From Heterodontus francisci (taxonomy: Eukaryota): a stretch of 64,000 nucleotides of DNA. The stretch is taken from positions 15,038,945-15,102,944 of the forward strand of contig NC_090416.1 in assembly GCF_036365525.1 (NCBI RefSeq), given 5' to 3'. The position numbers were made by a program, and so were the translations under genes. Below the pieces are notes generated by a model that searched no databases, was not told the DNA's origin, and was given only the letters and a program-made list of their open reading frames with translations. This document shows, piece by piece, positions 12,401 through 24,483 of the stretch. Within the stretch, counting starts at the first letter, position 1; every line of letters starts with the position of its first letter.

Positions 12401-12897
12401 GGAACTCCCTCACTAACAGCACTGTGGATGTACCTTCATCACAGAGACTGCAGTGGCTCTGGAAGGCAGGTCACCACCACCTTCTCAATACTGATGGACA
12501 ATAAATTCCAGAGCTGCCTGCCTCCCTAGAATGCATTAAACATTACCTGCGAAAATAATATTCAGCAATTTGATAAATGCCGAAATTCACACCATTTGCT
12601 TTCTGCCACCCTGTCTGAAGGACATTCTAGAAAATCTATTTATAGCCATTCTACCATTTGACCACTGTGACGTGCAGACGCTGACCACAGTGGGTCAAAT
12701 GTATGAGATGTGAGATCCACCAGGACACTGCACCCAAAATGGTGTCATACTTTCCATAGCTCGTCATACTTTCCACCGCATCTGAAGAGGCACAACTCAC
12801 TGTGACTGGGCTCAGGTCAATCGGCGCCCACTCCGCCTGCACAAACAAACTGTTGAGAGCGAACACGGGGAGAACTCACCCCGGCTCCGGCCTCAGG

Positions 12898-15800
12898 ATG
12901 CTCAGAGAAGCTTTTTTTCTGATGCTCATTTTCCAAGTGCTCCGAGTTCACGGTGAGTGAGAATTCTTAAGTGGAATCAGCCAGAGTTCACTAAGGTGAG
13001 AATTTGACCGAGTTATCCGGTGAAGGGATTGGGCCTGATAATATTAGTTTACTTTATGCTTCTCTTATAAAGCGAAGAAAAGGAAAATTGAAGATTAAAT
13101 AGAGCCAACAAGATCTAAAAGCAATAATGAGGTTGTTCTTCAATTCCAGGCGATGTGTTTCAAAGCGGCTTCTTTCCATCTCTCAATAATCATCTGTAAT
13201 GTTACAATAATCTCTGTAGTTACAGGATCCGAGCCCTTTCCGTCTCAGAGTCCCTTCACAGTGACAGCTGAAGTCGGCAAGACGGTGGAACTAGCCTGTC
13301 ACCAAACGTACGAAGTGGAATTGGTAACGAGCTATTTCTGGTACAAGCAGCTTGTCGGCGAAGCCCCGAGACTAATCGATATCCCACCCTGTAATGGGGC
13401 CGCTTGTAAGTTTGTTTCTAAAAAAGGCAACAGCAAGTATGAATTGATACTGGAAATTCGCAATGTCCAGGTGAATCACTCCGGGTCCTACTACTGTGCT
13501 GATAGGGATGGCTATGCACCACTCCAGAATGGATCCACACTACTGGTTGGAGGTAAGAGAGTGAGAAAATTGAATCTAGATCATGCACAGCATTATCATT
13601 TGGTGCATTCTAATCGTTAACTGTGTCTCAATCTGTGTCCAGACAGTTCCATGAACAAGACGGCAGTGTTGGTATTTGTCCCGCCGGGTGAGCTGCATTT
13701 GAGGGAAACCATCCCCTTACTGTGTTTGGTCAGTGGCGTTTCCTCCAAGCAGATTGCGATTTTGTGGAACATCTCCGGCCAACTCACCGAGGGACGGAGC
13801 AATTCCAGCAAAATGCAGCCGGACGGGACCTACAGCATCAGAAGTCACGTAATGGTATCGGGGAAAAGCTGGAGAAGCGGCGGTGTCTGTACATGTATTG
13901 CGGAACTGGGGTCTCCGGGCAAATCCTGGACAAAGAGTGTGTCCATCTCCAAAGCAATGCCAGGTGAGTTGGTGATTTGTACAATGAAGGCTTGTATTCA
14001 GCTTTAGGGTCAATTGGAGTAGCTCAGTAGCTTCTAAGAGCCTTCAGTCTGTCAATCAAACATCTGCACGGGATAAACATACATATAAAATATATATCAC
14101 GGCACATAGTGTGTTCAGTCTGTTCAAATATTTTGTAAGAAGTTATGGTTATCCTCTGTCCCAGGTGGAGACCTGTTCTTGGAAATAGTTTCTCGGTTGA
14201 GTTTAGGTTTCTGTGTGTCATCTTAGAATGATAGAATGATAAAGAGCAGAAAGACACCATTCGGCCCATCTTACCTGCGACGGCCCTTTGAAAGAGCTAT
14301 TCAATCAGTCCCACCCTTTCCCCATAGCCCTGCAAAATTATTCCCTTCCAGTAATAATCCGATTCCCTTCTGAAAGTTATTATTGAATCTGCTCCACCGC
14401 CCTTTCAGGAAGTGGATCATGGAGCGGATTTGAGTTAAATTCTACACTGAACTCGTCTGACAAGCAGAAAGCAGCGAAGAGATGAAGTTGTTGAAAAATG
14501 GACGTGTCTGCTGGGATGAGAGACTCTCTCATTTCCACCCGTTCCCTTTATCATTTCCTGGAACGTCCCTTGTCAATCCCCAGTTTCCTCGTAAAATCGA
14601 TTGCAATTTTCATTTTACTTTGTGGTATCAGCAACGAAATATAACATGACCCCCAGGATGTGAGTGTTGTCTGAAATTCGCTTGTTAGAAACTGTTCGAG
14701 TTTAACACTGATAAAGCGCATGGGTGCATGGACAGAAATCTTTGAAGCTGACAGGACAGGTTGAAATGGCTGTTAACTGACATATTGGGTCCTTGGCTTT
14801 ATTAATAGAGGAATCGAGTACAAGAGAAAGTTATACTTCATATATCACTGGTCAGGCCCCATCTGGAAGATTGTGCTCAATTCTGGGAACCACAATTTAG
14901 CAAGGATTTCAAAAGTCTTAAGACAGAGGAGATATATTAGCATGGTCCCAGGGATGAGAAACTTCAGTTAATGTGGAGAGAAAGGAGAAGCTGGATTGTT
15001 CTCATTACAGCAGAGAAGGTTAAGAGGAGATGTAATAGAGGTATTCAAAATCATGAAGGGTTTTGTTAGAGTAAGTAAGAAGAGACTATTTCCACTGGCA
15101 GGAGGGTCGTTAACCAGAGGACATAGATGTAAGATAATTGGCAAAAGAACCAGAGGAGGAAATGAGAATATATTATTTTAAGCAGCGAGTTGTTGTGATA
15201 TGGTATGCGCTGCCCTAAGGAGCAGAGAAAGCAGATTCAAAAGGAAATTGAACAAATACCTGAAGGGATAATGTTAACAGAAATGTGGAGAAAGAGCTGG
15301 GGGTATATTGGAACTAATTGGATTGCCCTTTCAAAGGGCCAGCACAGGCACAATGGGCCGATTCACCTGCGCCTGTACTGTATGATTCTGTGACTCCGTT
15401 TTCAAATAAAAGATTGGCTTGATGTTTTCGAATACTTGTACATTATAATTATGGGGTCATTCTGAAAGGGTTGCCTGTCAATTGATCGCAACTGCCAAAC
15501 ATTGTGCCATTTATCCCATTCTATGCCTTCACTCGTCGAATATCAGTCGCCTTGCCGGGTTTTTTCTTCGGTTCACATCGCGAGATTATAACTGGGTGAA
15601 GTTTCCCATCAGAGAATCCCAGAAAATAATGACTTTTAACCGAGCAGCAGTTTATAAGTGTTTTGTCTCTGTGGGGTTGTGCAGGCTGATGCTTCCCGCC
15701 GCCATAACCGGCGCCCTGATCCTGGTTCTACTCTTGATCCTCATTTCCATTTCGATTCATAAAAGAGGCAGATCAGGTGAGGTACTAATGTCTACTTGGG

Positions 15801-17751
15801 ATATTTTAATAACTGTTTGTTCAATGTGATTCCATTCTCGCAGTTTCGAATCCTAATGACAGTTTATTGTTTCAGAAGAACGAGTCAGGAGATCCCACAA
15901 TGAAAAGTGAGTAACTGAACCATTTGTAAAATTCATCATTAATAGTCTCACTGTATTTAACACTGTGTCAAAGCCAGTTAAACCCCCACACCCATTCCAA
16001 TGGTATATGTTTATAAATTCTGCATTGTTTTAAGATTCATTCTAAGACGACTCCACAGTTCTCTTCTCAGTATGTATGGCACGTGACCCAGGATTGTCAC
16101 GATCTAACACATGTTTCATAATTTTGTCCGTGTACAGTTTTAGCTTGAGAGAGAGAACGCAAACAAGGGGACGGAAAGAGCGACGATCGGGTGAGTTGGA
16201 TTGAAATGTTGGTGTCGATTGAATATCAAATTCGCGAGACAGCTAAAGGATCAAATAAGTGCATTTCCTGCCATCAAAATGTTCTCAATCGCTCTGGTCT
16301 GGTGTTCCCACAAAAAAGGGTTAATTATTGAATATGAAAACTGGCAGAAATGCAACACATGGACAATAGAGGGCAGACACCGGCGGTAGATTGTTCAAGT
16401 CCATCTATTGGCATAATGGGGGCCATTCCCGTAATGGGGAATCATAGACGTCATGGGGAAACATTGAAGTAAAGCAGACCATTGGCGTATTGGGGACCAG
16501 TGGTGTATTGGGTACCATTTGAACATTGCAGGTATTGGTGCAGTGGCGGATCATTGGCGCACTATGTCTCTGCAATTAATTATGGATTATCCGGACTGGG
16601 ATAATATTTCACTTAGTATCTTAATCATTAATACACAGGTGACAACCGACAAACAGAGGCGAGGCGAACACATCAGGGTGCAATACAGGTAAGCTCAGTG
16701 AAACTGTTTACATAATGTACAGACAACTGATTTTTTAGGATATGGTGCCACAAGTCTCATGCTGGATATTTCATATGGTTAACAGAGCAGGACACAGTCT
16801 GGAGCATCTTCATTTGTATCGAACCCCATTCGTCCTTCCCAGTAGAAACAGATCATATCATGCTGCCTGGACTGGAGGGCATTTCCTATGAAGAAAGATT
16901 GAGGGAGTTAGGGATTTTCTCATTGGAGCGAAGAAGGGTGAGAGGTGACTTGATAGAGGGGTACAAGATGATGAGAGGCATAGATAGAGTGGATAGCCAG
17001 AGACTTTTTCCCAGGGCGGAAAGGGCTATCACCAGGGGGCATAATTTTAAGGTGATTGGAGGAAGGTTTCGGGAAGATGTCAGAGGTAGGTTCTTTACAC
17101 AGCAAGTGGTGGGTGCGTGGAATGCGCTGCCAGCGGTGGTAGTAGAAGCAGATACATTAGGGGCATTTAAGCGACTCTTGGATAGCTACATGGATGGTAG
17201 TAGAATGAAGGGTAGGTAGTTAGTTTGATCTTAGAGTAGGTTAAAGTTTCGGCACAACATCGTGGGCCGAAGGGCCTGTACTGTGCTGTACTGTTCTATG
17301 CTCTATGTTCTATGTTCTATCCCACAGCCCTCTCCCCATCTGATAATGGAAAGGGCAGGTTAATGATCCCGGTGTAATGCCTCCCTCACACTTTACTGCG
17401 AATTTCCAGTAGTTTCTGTTTCTATTTCAGACTTCCAGATTCCTGGTATTTTATTCTGTTTATCTCTACAGTGAGATTAGTCTCCCCTCCCCCGCCTCCC
17501 ATCTTCCCCCCTGCCCCCACCCAACAGGAGATTGTTCAAATCAATTAGCAGCTGGAATTACTATGAAGATTTAGAAATCAGTCCAAGTCCACGGTGGTTT
17601 CACAGATAAACCTGGATAGTTTGACCTGTTTTGAATTATCTTTGAATATTAATGTGTAATATATTTCCAGTCTCAGGGCGGACCAACCTACGCCTCCCTG
17701 GAGTTTGCTGCATTGGAAAAGAGATCAAAAAAGAAGGCGGGTGGCAGATGA
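12898..17751 (+). CDS. Non-rearranging VJ-C1 receptor, subfamily A, gene A1 (TM exon acceptor mutated)
   Basis: Exons: L 12898-12952, V(J) 13220-13552, C1 13643-13963, TM 15675-15776 (acceptor is GG, not AG), cytoplasmic 15876-15906, 16138-16190, 16639-16688, last 17671-17751 (SQGGPTYASLEFAALEKRSKKKAGGR*). Phases are consistent: 1026 nt with TM, 924 nt without. AATAAA at 18103. No RSS. Confidence 0.82.
16400..16560. repeat. Degenerate CATTGG-based minisatellite (about 19-20-bp unit) in an A1 intron
   Basis: Repeats such as CCATTGGCGTATTGGGGA. Paralogous arrays lie at 34880-35060 and 59400-59750. Confidence 0.7.
16860..17320 (+). mobile_element. 5'-truncated young CR1 insertion specific to A1
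   Basis: ORF MLPGLEGISYEERLRELGIFSLERRR and a (CTATGTT)n tail. The empty site is visible in the paralogs at 35345-35365 and 60028-60050. Confidence 0.92.
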
Positions 17752-20567
17752 GAACACGGATGGTTTCTATCCGGTGAATTATGGAGGAGACAGGATTTGC
17801 AAAAGAACCCAGAGCCTTGCGGAAATAAGAATGGAGCCAAGGAAACTCCCATCAAATACATAAACTGTCTCCGTGCACTGGCCAGGGTTTACAAAGACTG
17901 TCCGGCTCTTTTTGCTAGATGTAAAATAACGTGTTTTCAGTATTGTTAAGGATGTTTTACTGTGTTAGTGTAATTCAAATGTGCAAGAACATTCAACAAA
18001 GAGTCAAGGGTTTTCCTGTGTGAGTTTCTCTGAGGCCTTTCTGCTGATCCTGTAGCTCCAGTCACTGACAGGATTTTGTTTTTTGACTAACGCCTGTATG
18101 CAAATAAAATAAATTATTTTCGACTATAACAATGCACCAGATGTTTGTATTGATCAATAATTAGCTTGTAATTAAATGTCATCTGGATAAAATTTCAATT
18201 CCTGTCGAACAGACAGTATCAGTCCTGGATAGAAATACTATTAAATCCGAGTTTCCCTGTTTGAGATGTGATAGGCTGATTCATTTACTGAATAAGAGCG
18301 CAGCAGGAGGGAAATACGGGCAGAGCTGCAGGAAATTGTGTTTGTTTCCATTTTCCCTGTGGATGGTGTGTTTTGCTTTGTGTATAATTTTATAACTACA
18401 TGTCGGAGGCATATGATGAGTGTAGTGTGTTTGAGAAGAACAGGTGATTTGAAACCTCGGATTCCCAAAACTCTCCACCACTTGGGGCATCCCTCGCCTC
18501 ATGTCTGGGACTGTCATGGACTCATTAATAGAGATTTATTGCCATAGCAACCAGTGGTTGTGTTATGTGACTACCAGGATGGTAGAAGGCGATCCAAATG
18601 GAGTTTGGTCTTTTTCCATCTCTAATTGCTATTTTTCTCATCCCAGCTTTGCACAGCTTTGCGATAAGATATTCAGTCAGACAGGGGATTGCACCATGTG
18701 TGGTTATAGTGCTTTACCCATCAGAGTCAGATCAGTCTAAAGCTTCCCGTTCTGATAACTCTAGAATTAGCAGATACAACACAATAAGATTCAGGATCAG
18801 TAAAAACATTTCCAGACAAGAACTCGATCTCAACAGCCATCTCCCAGAAACTGTCCAATAAATTTCATGATGATTTTAATGAACTCTTCACAATCGAGGT
18901 CCTTTTAATGTGAAGTTACATTGTGCTGTACAGTTATATAAAGCTGATCTCAATTCACCGAGACGATATTGGGGTAAAACTGGTTGAAATATGAGGGCAA
19001 ATTGCAAGGACTGGACTTGTATTAAATCGAGTGAAGAAGATCAAGTGGTGATCTGATTGAGGGGTTTATGATGATCAATTGATTTGACAGGATAGGTAGA
19101 GAGAAACTATTTTCCCTGGTGGGGGGAGTCCAGAACAAGGGGGCAGAACCTTCAAATTAGAGCCAGGCCGTTCAGGGGTGATGTGAGGAAGCACTTCTTC
19201 ACACAAAATCTGGAACTCTCTCCCAGAAATGATTTTCAGGCTGGCGTCCATTCCCTCTTTTGTTGGGAAGCGGTATTAAGGGATCTACAAACATGGAGGA
19301 TGGATGGAGTTACGAGTCTTGTAACAAACTCATACCTTGATTAATCATCACACCGACCATCTCAAGCCCAACTTTGTAATGTTTATGAAATTGAAGGTGT
19401 AACTGAAATATATCACATCATCTCATTGAAACATTGTTTGAATTTTATTCTTTCATTTAACTGTGTTTCTGATGTGAGGAGTGGATTGTGTTATTGATGC
19501 AAATAATTCACATCACCAGCAAACTGCTTTCGGGCACTGCCCGTGTGTTCTGTTTTGCAAAGTAAAAAGTTAGTAACAGCACAGAAAACAGGCTATTCGG
19601 CCCAACTGCTCCGTGCTGGTGTTTCTGCTCCACACGAGCCTCCTCCCATCCCCTCTTCATCTCACCCTATCACCATATCCTTCTACTCCTTTCTCCCTCA
19701 TTTTTAAAATCCAGTTTGCCCTTAAACGTATCTCTGCTATTCCCCTGAACCACTCCCTGTGGTAGCGAGTTCCACATTCTCACCACTCTCTGGGGAAAGA
19801 AGTTTCTCCTGAATTCCCCATTGGATTTATTCGTGACTGGCTTATATTGATTCCCTCCAGTTTCAGACCCGTCAGTGAAAACATCTATACTATCAAATCC
19901 TTTCCTAATTTTAAAGATCTCTGTCAGGTCACCCCTCATTCTACTATTTTCTAAGGTAAACACCCCCAGTCTGTTCAATCTTTCCTGACAGTCATAACCT
20001 CACAGTTCTGGTCTTATTCTAGTCGGCATATCCCCCACTTTGAAACCGCATGAATTTGCTCTATAAAGGTGTAGTGTAAATTTGTTGAAGAGAGACACTG
20101 GGCTGAACAATTAAACAGCTGGAATCCCAAACTCACACTCGGGATTCGAGTTATTTCATTGTATTTGTAACTTGGACACTGATGGATTATAAATATGATT
20201 TGAATTATATCCCACTCACGTGCGATACAAAGATGCACAATGAACTTTAAAACGCTAACACAAGCAAGAAGACACCTGTCCAGGCTGAACTGAAAACTTA
20301 AATTTCCGTTTTCGGAAGTGCGCGGTATCTGTCAGCCGTTCAGACCCTCCAGTGGGTGATGTATCGGTCCTGTATCGCTCAGTCTCTCATCTGACTGATG
20401 GTTAATTATTGATTTAATGCATTCAGCCGGTAACAAAACTTGAGATCGCAGTCGCTTGCAAGGTTCACATCTCCAGGCTGTAATCGAAATGAGGGCAAAA
20501 CAGAGGAAACGTTCCACAACAGGTAATATCCGGAAAGCAGACTGTGAGTGCTCGGTTTCCTGTCCAA

Positions 20568-22279
20568 TGAGAGTGCGGGATCCGCATGAAACGCCAGGCC
20601 AGCATAATAGAGTCTATGAGAGAAAACAGAAACCACTAACATGATCCACACCATCATCAGAGGTACAGGAGGCGGCCATTCAGCCCCTCGAGCTTGTTCC
20701 AGTATTCAATTAGATCATGCCTGATCCGTATCTTAACTCCATCTACTCACCTTAGTCAAGTAACCCTTAATCACCTTACCAACAAAAATCTATCAATCTG
20801 AAAGTTGACATTTTCAATTGAGTCCCCAGCCTCAACAGCTTGTTTGTGGGAGAGAGTTCCAGATTTTCACTCCACTTTGTGTGAAGAAGTGCTTCCTGAC
20901 ATCACCCCTGAACGGCCTGGCTCTAATTTGAAGGTTCTGCACTTTTTCTCTCGACTCCTCACACCGCCCCCCCCCTCCACCAGATGAAATCGTTTCTCTC
21001 AATCAACCCGATCGAATCCTTTAATCATCTTAAACCCCTCGATTAGATCACCCCTTAATCTTCTACACTCGAGGGAATACAAGCCTAGTCTGTGCGACCT
21101 TTCCTTGTAATTTAACCTCTTCAGCCTCAGGATCATTCTGGTGAATCTCCACTCTGCAATTATCTATATTTAATAATTAAAATATCCAGATCTATGTGTT
21201 TTGATCTACTACCGCAGTCTTACATAAAATGTAAACGCTGCTAACCTGCAGTGTTCACGATGCTCGACTCTCGACTCATCTGCCAGTAACTATAAATGTC
21301 AAACCTTGGACTGAAAATCAGTGAAAGGTATCTACACGCGCTAAGTAACAATACCATTCATATTTACCTCCCATTCTTGTGCACATGGTCTGAAATCCGG
21401 CGGTTCCTCTTCACTGTTCATGTTGCCTGATAGAAAGAGAACCTTAAGCTGACTCTAAATGCCCACATTTCACACTGAACCAGTTCGCTAAAGTGTTAAG
21501 AGGAAATAACACAGCAATAAATGGATTGATTGAGAGCGCCGCAGAGTTGCAGCGCCTCCCGGCAATCATTACCTGACTGGCGCTTCCTGCAGCTTATTCC
21601 CGCTGAACTCGCAAATTCCCGTAAATAGGTAAACCGCAGATATGTAGTGGAGCGTCTGAAAAGCAAACCAGATCCATGGGACCCTCTCACCAACCAGATA
21701 CATGGGACCCTTTCGATGGAGGAAACTGGGAATATTTACAGCTGGTTTACACCGTTAACGATGAATCGACTCTTCGTTCTCTGGTTATTCGGGATGTGCA
21801 GACAAATGATTCGGGCATCTATTACTGTGTCGCTAAGTAATTTAGCGGGCAGCCGTTTATGTTCGGAAACGCCTCGAAATTGCTCATTACAGGTAAGGAT
21901 TACGAATATTTGACTCATTTCGTCTTCAATAAGCAGGAATTGATGTCGAACACATCTTAATTCCCAACCTCGCCAGGGTCTCCGGTCACGTTTCTCTTAA
22001 CTCCGCCGTCGGCTGAAATTTCCTCCATCGAAAGGGTCCCATGGGTCTGGTTGGTGAGAGGTCTGTCTCCCCATTCCTTTCCCATCTTCTGGAATGTTTC
22101 CGGACGGGTTACCGAGGAACAGACCGATTCCGGGACAATAGACACGGACGGGGCATACAGTATCAGGAGTCACATCAGCGTCTCGGCGGAAACTTGGAGC
22201 AGCGGCGTTGTCTGTACTTGTACTGTTCAAATCAACTCTACAGAGAATCCTATCAGTAAAAATGTCTCATCTCAGAGAG
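20568..22279 (-). pseudogene. Subfamily B pseudogene B0 with its V-C block inverted
   Basis: Minus strand: last exon 20568-20613 (+1 frameshift, stop lost), cytoplasmic exon 21368-21426, TM exon 21573-21655 (hydrophobic core deleted). Plus strand: partial V(J) about 21728-21892 (..DSGIYYCVAK*FSGQPFMFGNASKLLIT) and C1 21974-22279 (acceptor lost, first Cys changed to Trp). Confidence 0.85.
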
Positions 22280-23339
22280 GTAATTGTTAACAGTGACCCT
22301 TTACTAATGTATTTAATCAGCGTGAGATAATGCAGCCCTTCAACAGGACACTAATAGTATAAAATACAGGTAGGGAAGCAATCTTCTATTTTGCTGACTA
22401 TCTCAGTCATCTTTACGTTGGAATTTCGCCATGAATGAGAAGTGAAGAGGACAAACCTGCAAAAAGATGGAACAGCACACAGGGAATTCGGAAGCTCAAC
22501 GTCTGCTAATGGTGCATTTGCTGTGAGATTTACACTGACTGTTTCCTCGGGTGTATCTGTGATCGGCCTGGATCGGAAGACATGTGGAAATACACATTTG
22601 CGCAAATTAGGTGCTGCGTTTAAAAATAGCAGGCTGGAAAATGCAGCGCGGTGTGAATACTCGCTGTGGGTTTCCTGTTTACAGGTTAAGCGTCCACGCA
22701 CAGATCTGCCTGCAAAGGTCAATACGTTACAGATCGTATTAAACACGGGTGAAGGGCCGGGTGCAGTCCAGACTGTTTAAACTGGAGAGAAAAGGCAGGT
22801 CGTGCTGAATTCAACACACTGACCTCCTTTGTATCATTCACGTGGGCAAGGGGAAATTCCCCTAATTCCGAGTGTTGTGTTTTATTCACCCAGGACACAT
22901 TAATTTATACACCCTTGCTTATTCCAATAAAAATATACCAGATTGAAGAAAGACAGGATCACATGTGATTATTTCAGTAACCGTGTCACCAAGTATCTGT
23001 ATCCCGCCTGTATCTTTGTGACAGGCTCCTGCCTGTCTCACACAATGCGGCCCAGTGGGTGGCGCTCTCGGGGTCTGATCAAAGCATCAGAGGTTCAAGA
23101 CCCAATTCAGAGACGTGAGCGCAAAAATCCAGGACACTCCCAGTACCAGGGGAGTACTGCAATGTTGCAGAGAATGCCTTTCGGATGAGACGTTAAACCG
23201 AGTCCCCCATCTGCCTTCTCGGGCAGATATGAAGGATCCCGCAGCCACTATTGGAGGAAGAGCAGGCGGGAACTCTCCATATTTAAAGTTATCCCTCAAC
23301 CAACATCAGTAATAGAGGTTTGATTTGATTTTTTTTATT

Positions 23340-23669
23340 TAGTGATGCTGCACTGAAACAGGCCCTTCGGCCCACCGAGTCTGTGCCGACCATCAACCAT
23401 TTATACTAATCCTACACTAATCCCATATTCCTACCACATCCCCACACTTCCCTACCACCTACCTATACCAGGGACAATTTTTATAATGGCCAATTTACCT
23501 ATCAACCTGCAATTATTTGGCATGTGGGAGGTAACCGGAGCACCCGGAGGAAACCCACGCAGACACAGGGAAAACTTGCAAACTCCATACAGGCAGTACC
23601 GAGGATTGAACCCGGGTCGCTGGAGCTGTGAGGCTGCGGTGCTAACCCCTGCACCACAGTGCCGCCCCT
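23340..23669 (-). mobile_element. tRNA-derived SINE (shark HE1/V-SINE-like)
   Basis: The reverse complement starts GGGCGGCACTGTGGTGCAGGGGTTAGCACCGCAGCC..GGGTTCAATCC (A/B boxes) and ends in a CR1-like tail. Other copies at about 2270-2510 and 37280-37610. Confidence 0.8.
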
Positions 23670-24483
23670 TAAAAGTCACTGTTCACAGTAGTTCTCTTCT
23701 GCGCTATCTTTTCAATTGCAGCTTTATGAAATGCTCTTGTGGGATTTGAACCTATATTTCCCGATACCCAGCCTGGGTCACCATATATTACTAGTTTGGT
23801 GACATTGCCACTAGGTCATCGCCTTCCTGATCATTCTCATATTTTTATTTGTTGGGTCTTGCTCTGCAAATTTTGGCTGCCACAACTTCTATATTACAAT
23901 GGTGACCACAGTTCCAGAGCACTTCATTTGGTGTAAAACCGCTTGGCAACGTCCTGTGGATGTGAAAGGAGCTGTAGAAATGCACATTCTTTCTCATCTC
24001 ATTACCGCATTTTACTTGCATTTGTTATTAACCACAGATCAAATGTCACTGCCGACTGATCATCATTTATGGCCCCTGTGTCTAATTTTGATCTCGCTCC
24101 TTTTTTTATTGATTATATGTGTACAAGATTATGACAGGCTGAGATAAGTTACACATGGAAAAGTTGTTCCCATTAACAACTGGTTAAAAGGACTAGAGGA
24201 CACAGATTGAAAAATTTGGGCAAAAGATTCCAGATACTATGAGGAAGCACTTTTGTACACAGCGGGTGCTAATGACCTGGAACTCGCTGCCCACAAGGGG
24301 GTGGAAGTGAAGACGAACGTTGACTTCAAGAGGAAATTGGATGGTCACCTGATTGAAATTGACTTGCAGGGCTGCGGGGAGCGAGCCGGGGAGTGGGACT
24401 GACAGCCGGCATGGACTCGATGGGCCGAATGACCTTCTTCTGTGCCGTAAATGACTCTATGAGTCTATCAATGCGGGCAGGGT

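Larger units (their letters stand above)
7615..20900. repeat. Segmental duplication unit 1 (about 13 kb), direct paralog of 50620-63560
   Basis: Colinear matches seen by eye: 7620~50625, 10717~53618, 12800~55820, 17671~60435, 20330~63020. The copies differ by indels and TE insertions. Confidence 0.9.

Noticed and set aside
13257-13263. CACAGTG inside FR1 of the A-type V exons as an RSS
   Set aside because: No nonamer at 12 or 23 nt; it lies within coding FTV codons.
13964-14007. C1 read-through tail GELVICTMKACIQL* as an Ig-like secretory tailpiece
   Set aside because: No AATAAA seen shortly downstream, and identity between A1 and A2 is explained by recent duplication. It cannot be supported without transcripts.
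16400-16560. CRISPR-like repeat-spacer array
   Set aside because: Vertebrate DNA; the units are degenerate tandem repeats without unique spacers or cas genes.
22351-22780. ORFs over 22351-22780, 9690-10068 and 53033-53378 as coding exons
   Set aside because: The three homologous blocks do not keep a common reading frame or a recognisable domain; treated as non-coding.
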